Made by a program: the position numbers and the translations under genes. Positions 63,372 through 64,000 of a stretch of 64,000 nucleotides of DNA are shown here, piece after piece. The notes beneath the pieces were generated by a model. The model had not been told where the DNA came from. It made no database searches and saw nothing but the letters and a program-made list of their open reading frames with translations. The stretch comes from Escherichia coli (GTDB taxonomy: Bacteria; Pseudomonadota; Gammaproteobacteria; Enterobacterales; Enterobacteriaceae), in NCBI RefSeq assembly GCF_030013205.1, contig NZ_CP122648.1, one strand, 5' to 3'. Within the stretch, counting starts at the first letter, position 1. The number at the start of each line of letters is the position of its first letter.

Positions 63372-64000
63372 ATGAGTGATATTATTTACCTGAACATAAC
63401 CGGAGAACAACAAGGATGTATTTCCTCTCGTTGTGGAACGAGCGCATCAATAGGTAATCGCTGGCAGATTGGCCATGAAGATGAAATCTTCGCGTTCTCG
63501 CTCTCTAATAGTATTACGAATACAGGCAAAGGGTCACAATTGCATGGCCTTAGTTTCTGTAAATTGATTGACAAAAGCTCCCCGTTACTTATTAACGCTA
63601 TTAACAATAACGAGCAGTTGTTCATGGAGTTTGACTTCTATCGGATCAATAGATTTGGTCGATGGGAGAAATATTACAACATTCAACTTCGCGGCGCGCT
63701 CTTATCAGCAATCAATCACCTGTTTACTGAGAACAATCTGGATACAGAAACCATCACTGTCAGTTATGAATATATACTCTCCAGGCATCTGATTGCTAAT
63801 ACTGAATTTAGTTATTTGGCATTTCCCGATAACTACAACCGTCTGTTTATACCACGGCCAAAAACTAAAGATGATAATGGCCTCAAAACACTCAATAGTA
63901 AAGCGGTTGGCAGACTGCTTGCTGCTGGCGGCATATACAATGGGAATATCGAAGGATTCAGGGAAACAGCAAACAAGTTGGGAGGAGATGCACCTGCTGG
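63372..64000 (+). CDS. Hcp-like (type VI secretion tube protein family) ORF with C-terminal extension; 3' end beyond the window
   Basis: ATG at 63372, open to the window end (at least 209 codons, checked codon by codon). N-terminus MSDIIYLNITGEQQGCISSRCGTSASIGNRWQIGHEDE... and internal LSFCKLIDKSSPLLINAINNNEQLFMEFDFYRINRFGRWEKYY match Hcp hallmarks (GHEDE, KxIDKSSPxL, FxFYRIN). An Hcp domain is normally complete by about 150-160 aa; this ORF continues (…IPRPKTKDDNGLKTLNSKAVGRLLAAGGIYNGNIEGFRETANKLGGDAPA…). Low-GC relative to flanking core genes. Not in the ORF track because no stop lies in the window. Confidence 0.7.
   Translation, partial: MSDIIYLNITGEQQGCISSRCGTSASIGNRWQIGHEDEIFAFSLSNSITNTGKGSQLHGLSFCKLIDKSSPLLINAINNNEQLFMEFDFYRINRFGRWEKYYNIQLRGALLSAINHLFTENNLDTETITVSYEYILSRHLIANTEFSYLAFPDNYNRLFIPRPKTKDDNGLKTLNSKAVGRLLAAGGIYNGNIEGFRETANKLGGDAPA

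Noticed and set aside
63386-63792. Two small ORFs (79 aa minus, 74 aa plus)
   Set aside because: Both overlap the Hcp-like reading frame in other frames or on the other strand; the Hcp-like frame has the recognisable homology.

Overview
This window reads as a contiguous stretch of Escherichia coli-type core chromosome, in reverse-complement orientation relative to the usual K-12 map. All identifications are from reading the sequence and recognising the translated ORFs and RNA sequences from memory; no database search was run, and coordinates taken from the sequence lines may be off by 1 nt. Gene order: yiiD (partial) - dtd - yihY - yihX - sulfoquinovose catabolic cluster yihW/V/U/T/S/R/Q/P/O - ompL - IS200-like element - yihN/M/L - typA - glnA/glnL/glnG - yshB - hemN - yihI - csrC - yihA(engB) - spf - polA - yihG - yihF - dsbA - srkA - yihD - mobA/mobB - an rRNA operon with Ile/Ala spacer tRNAs (rrnA-type, minus strand) - hemG - trkH - yigZ - pepQ - fadB/fadA - fre - ubiD - rfaH - tatD/C/B/A - ubiB/ubiJ/ubiE - rmuC - udp - ysgA. 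Only two places depart from the K-12 arrangement: (1) an IS200-family insertion between ompL and yihN, and (2) the last ~1 kb, where an AT-rich non-coding stretch and a plus-strand ORF replace the expected convergent metE. That ORF starts at 63372 and runs off the window; its N-terminal ~150 aa look like a type VI secretion Hcp tube protein and it continues into a C-terminal extension of unknown function. This truncated Hcp-with-extension gene is the only candidate for something undescribed here, and the window does not contain enough of it to say what it is. Everything else is well-known biology. No CRISPR array, prophage or integrase was seen.
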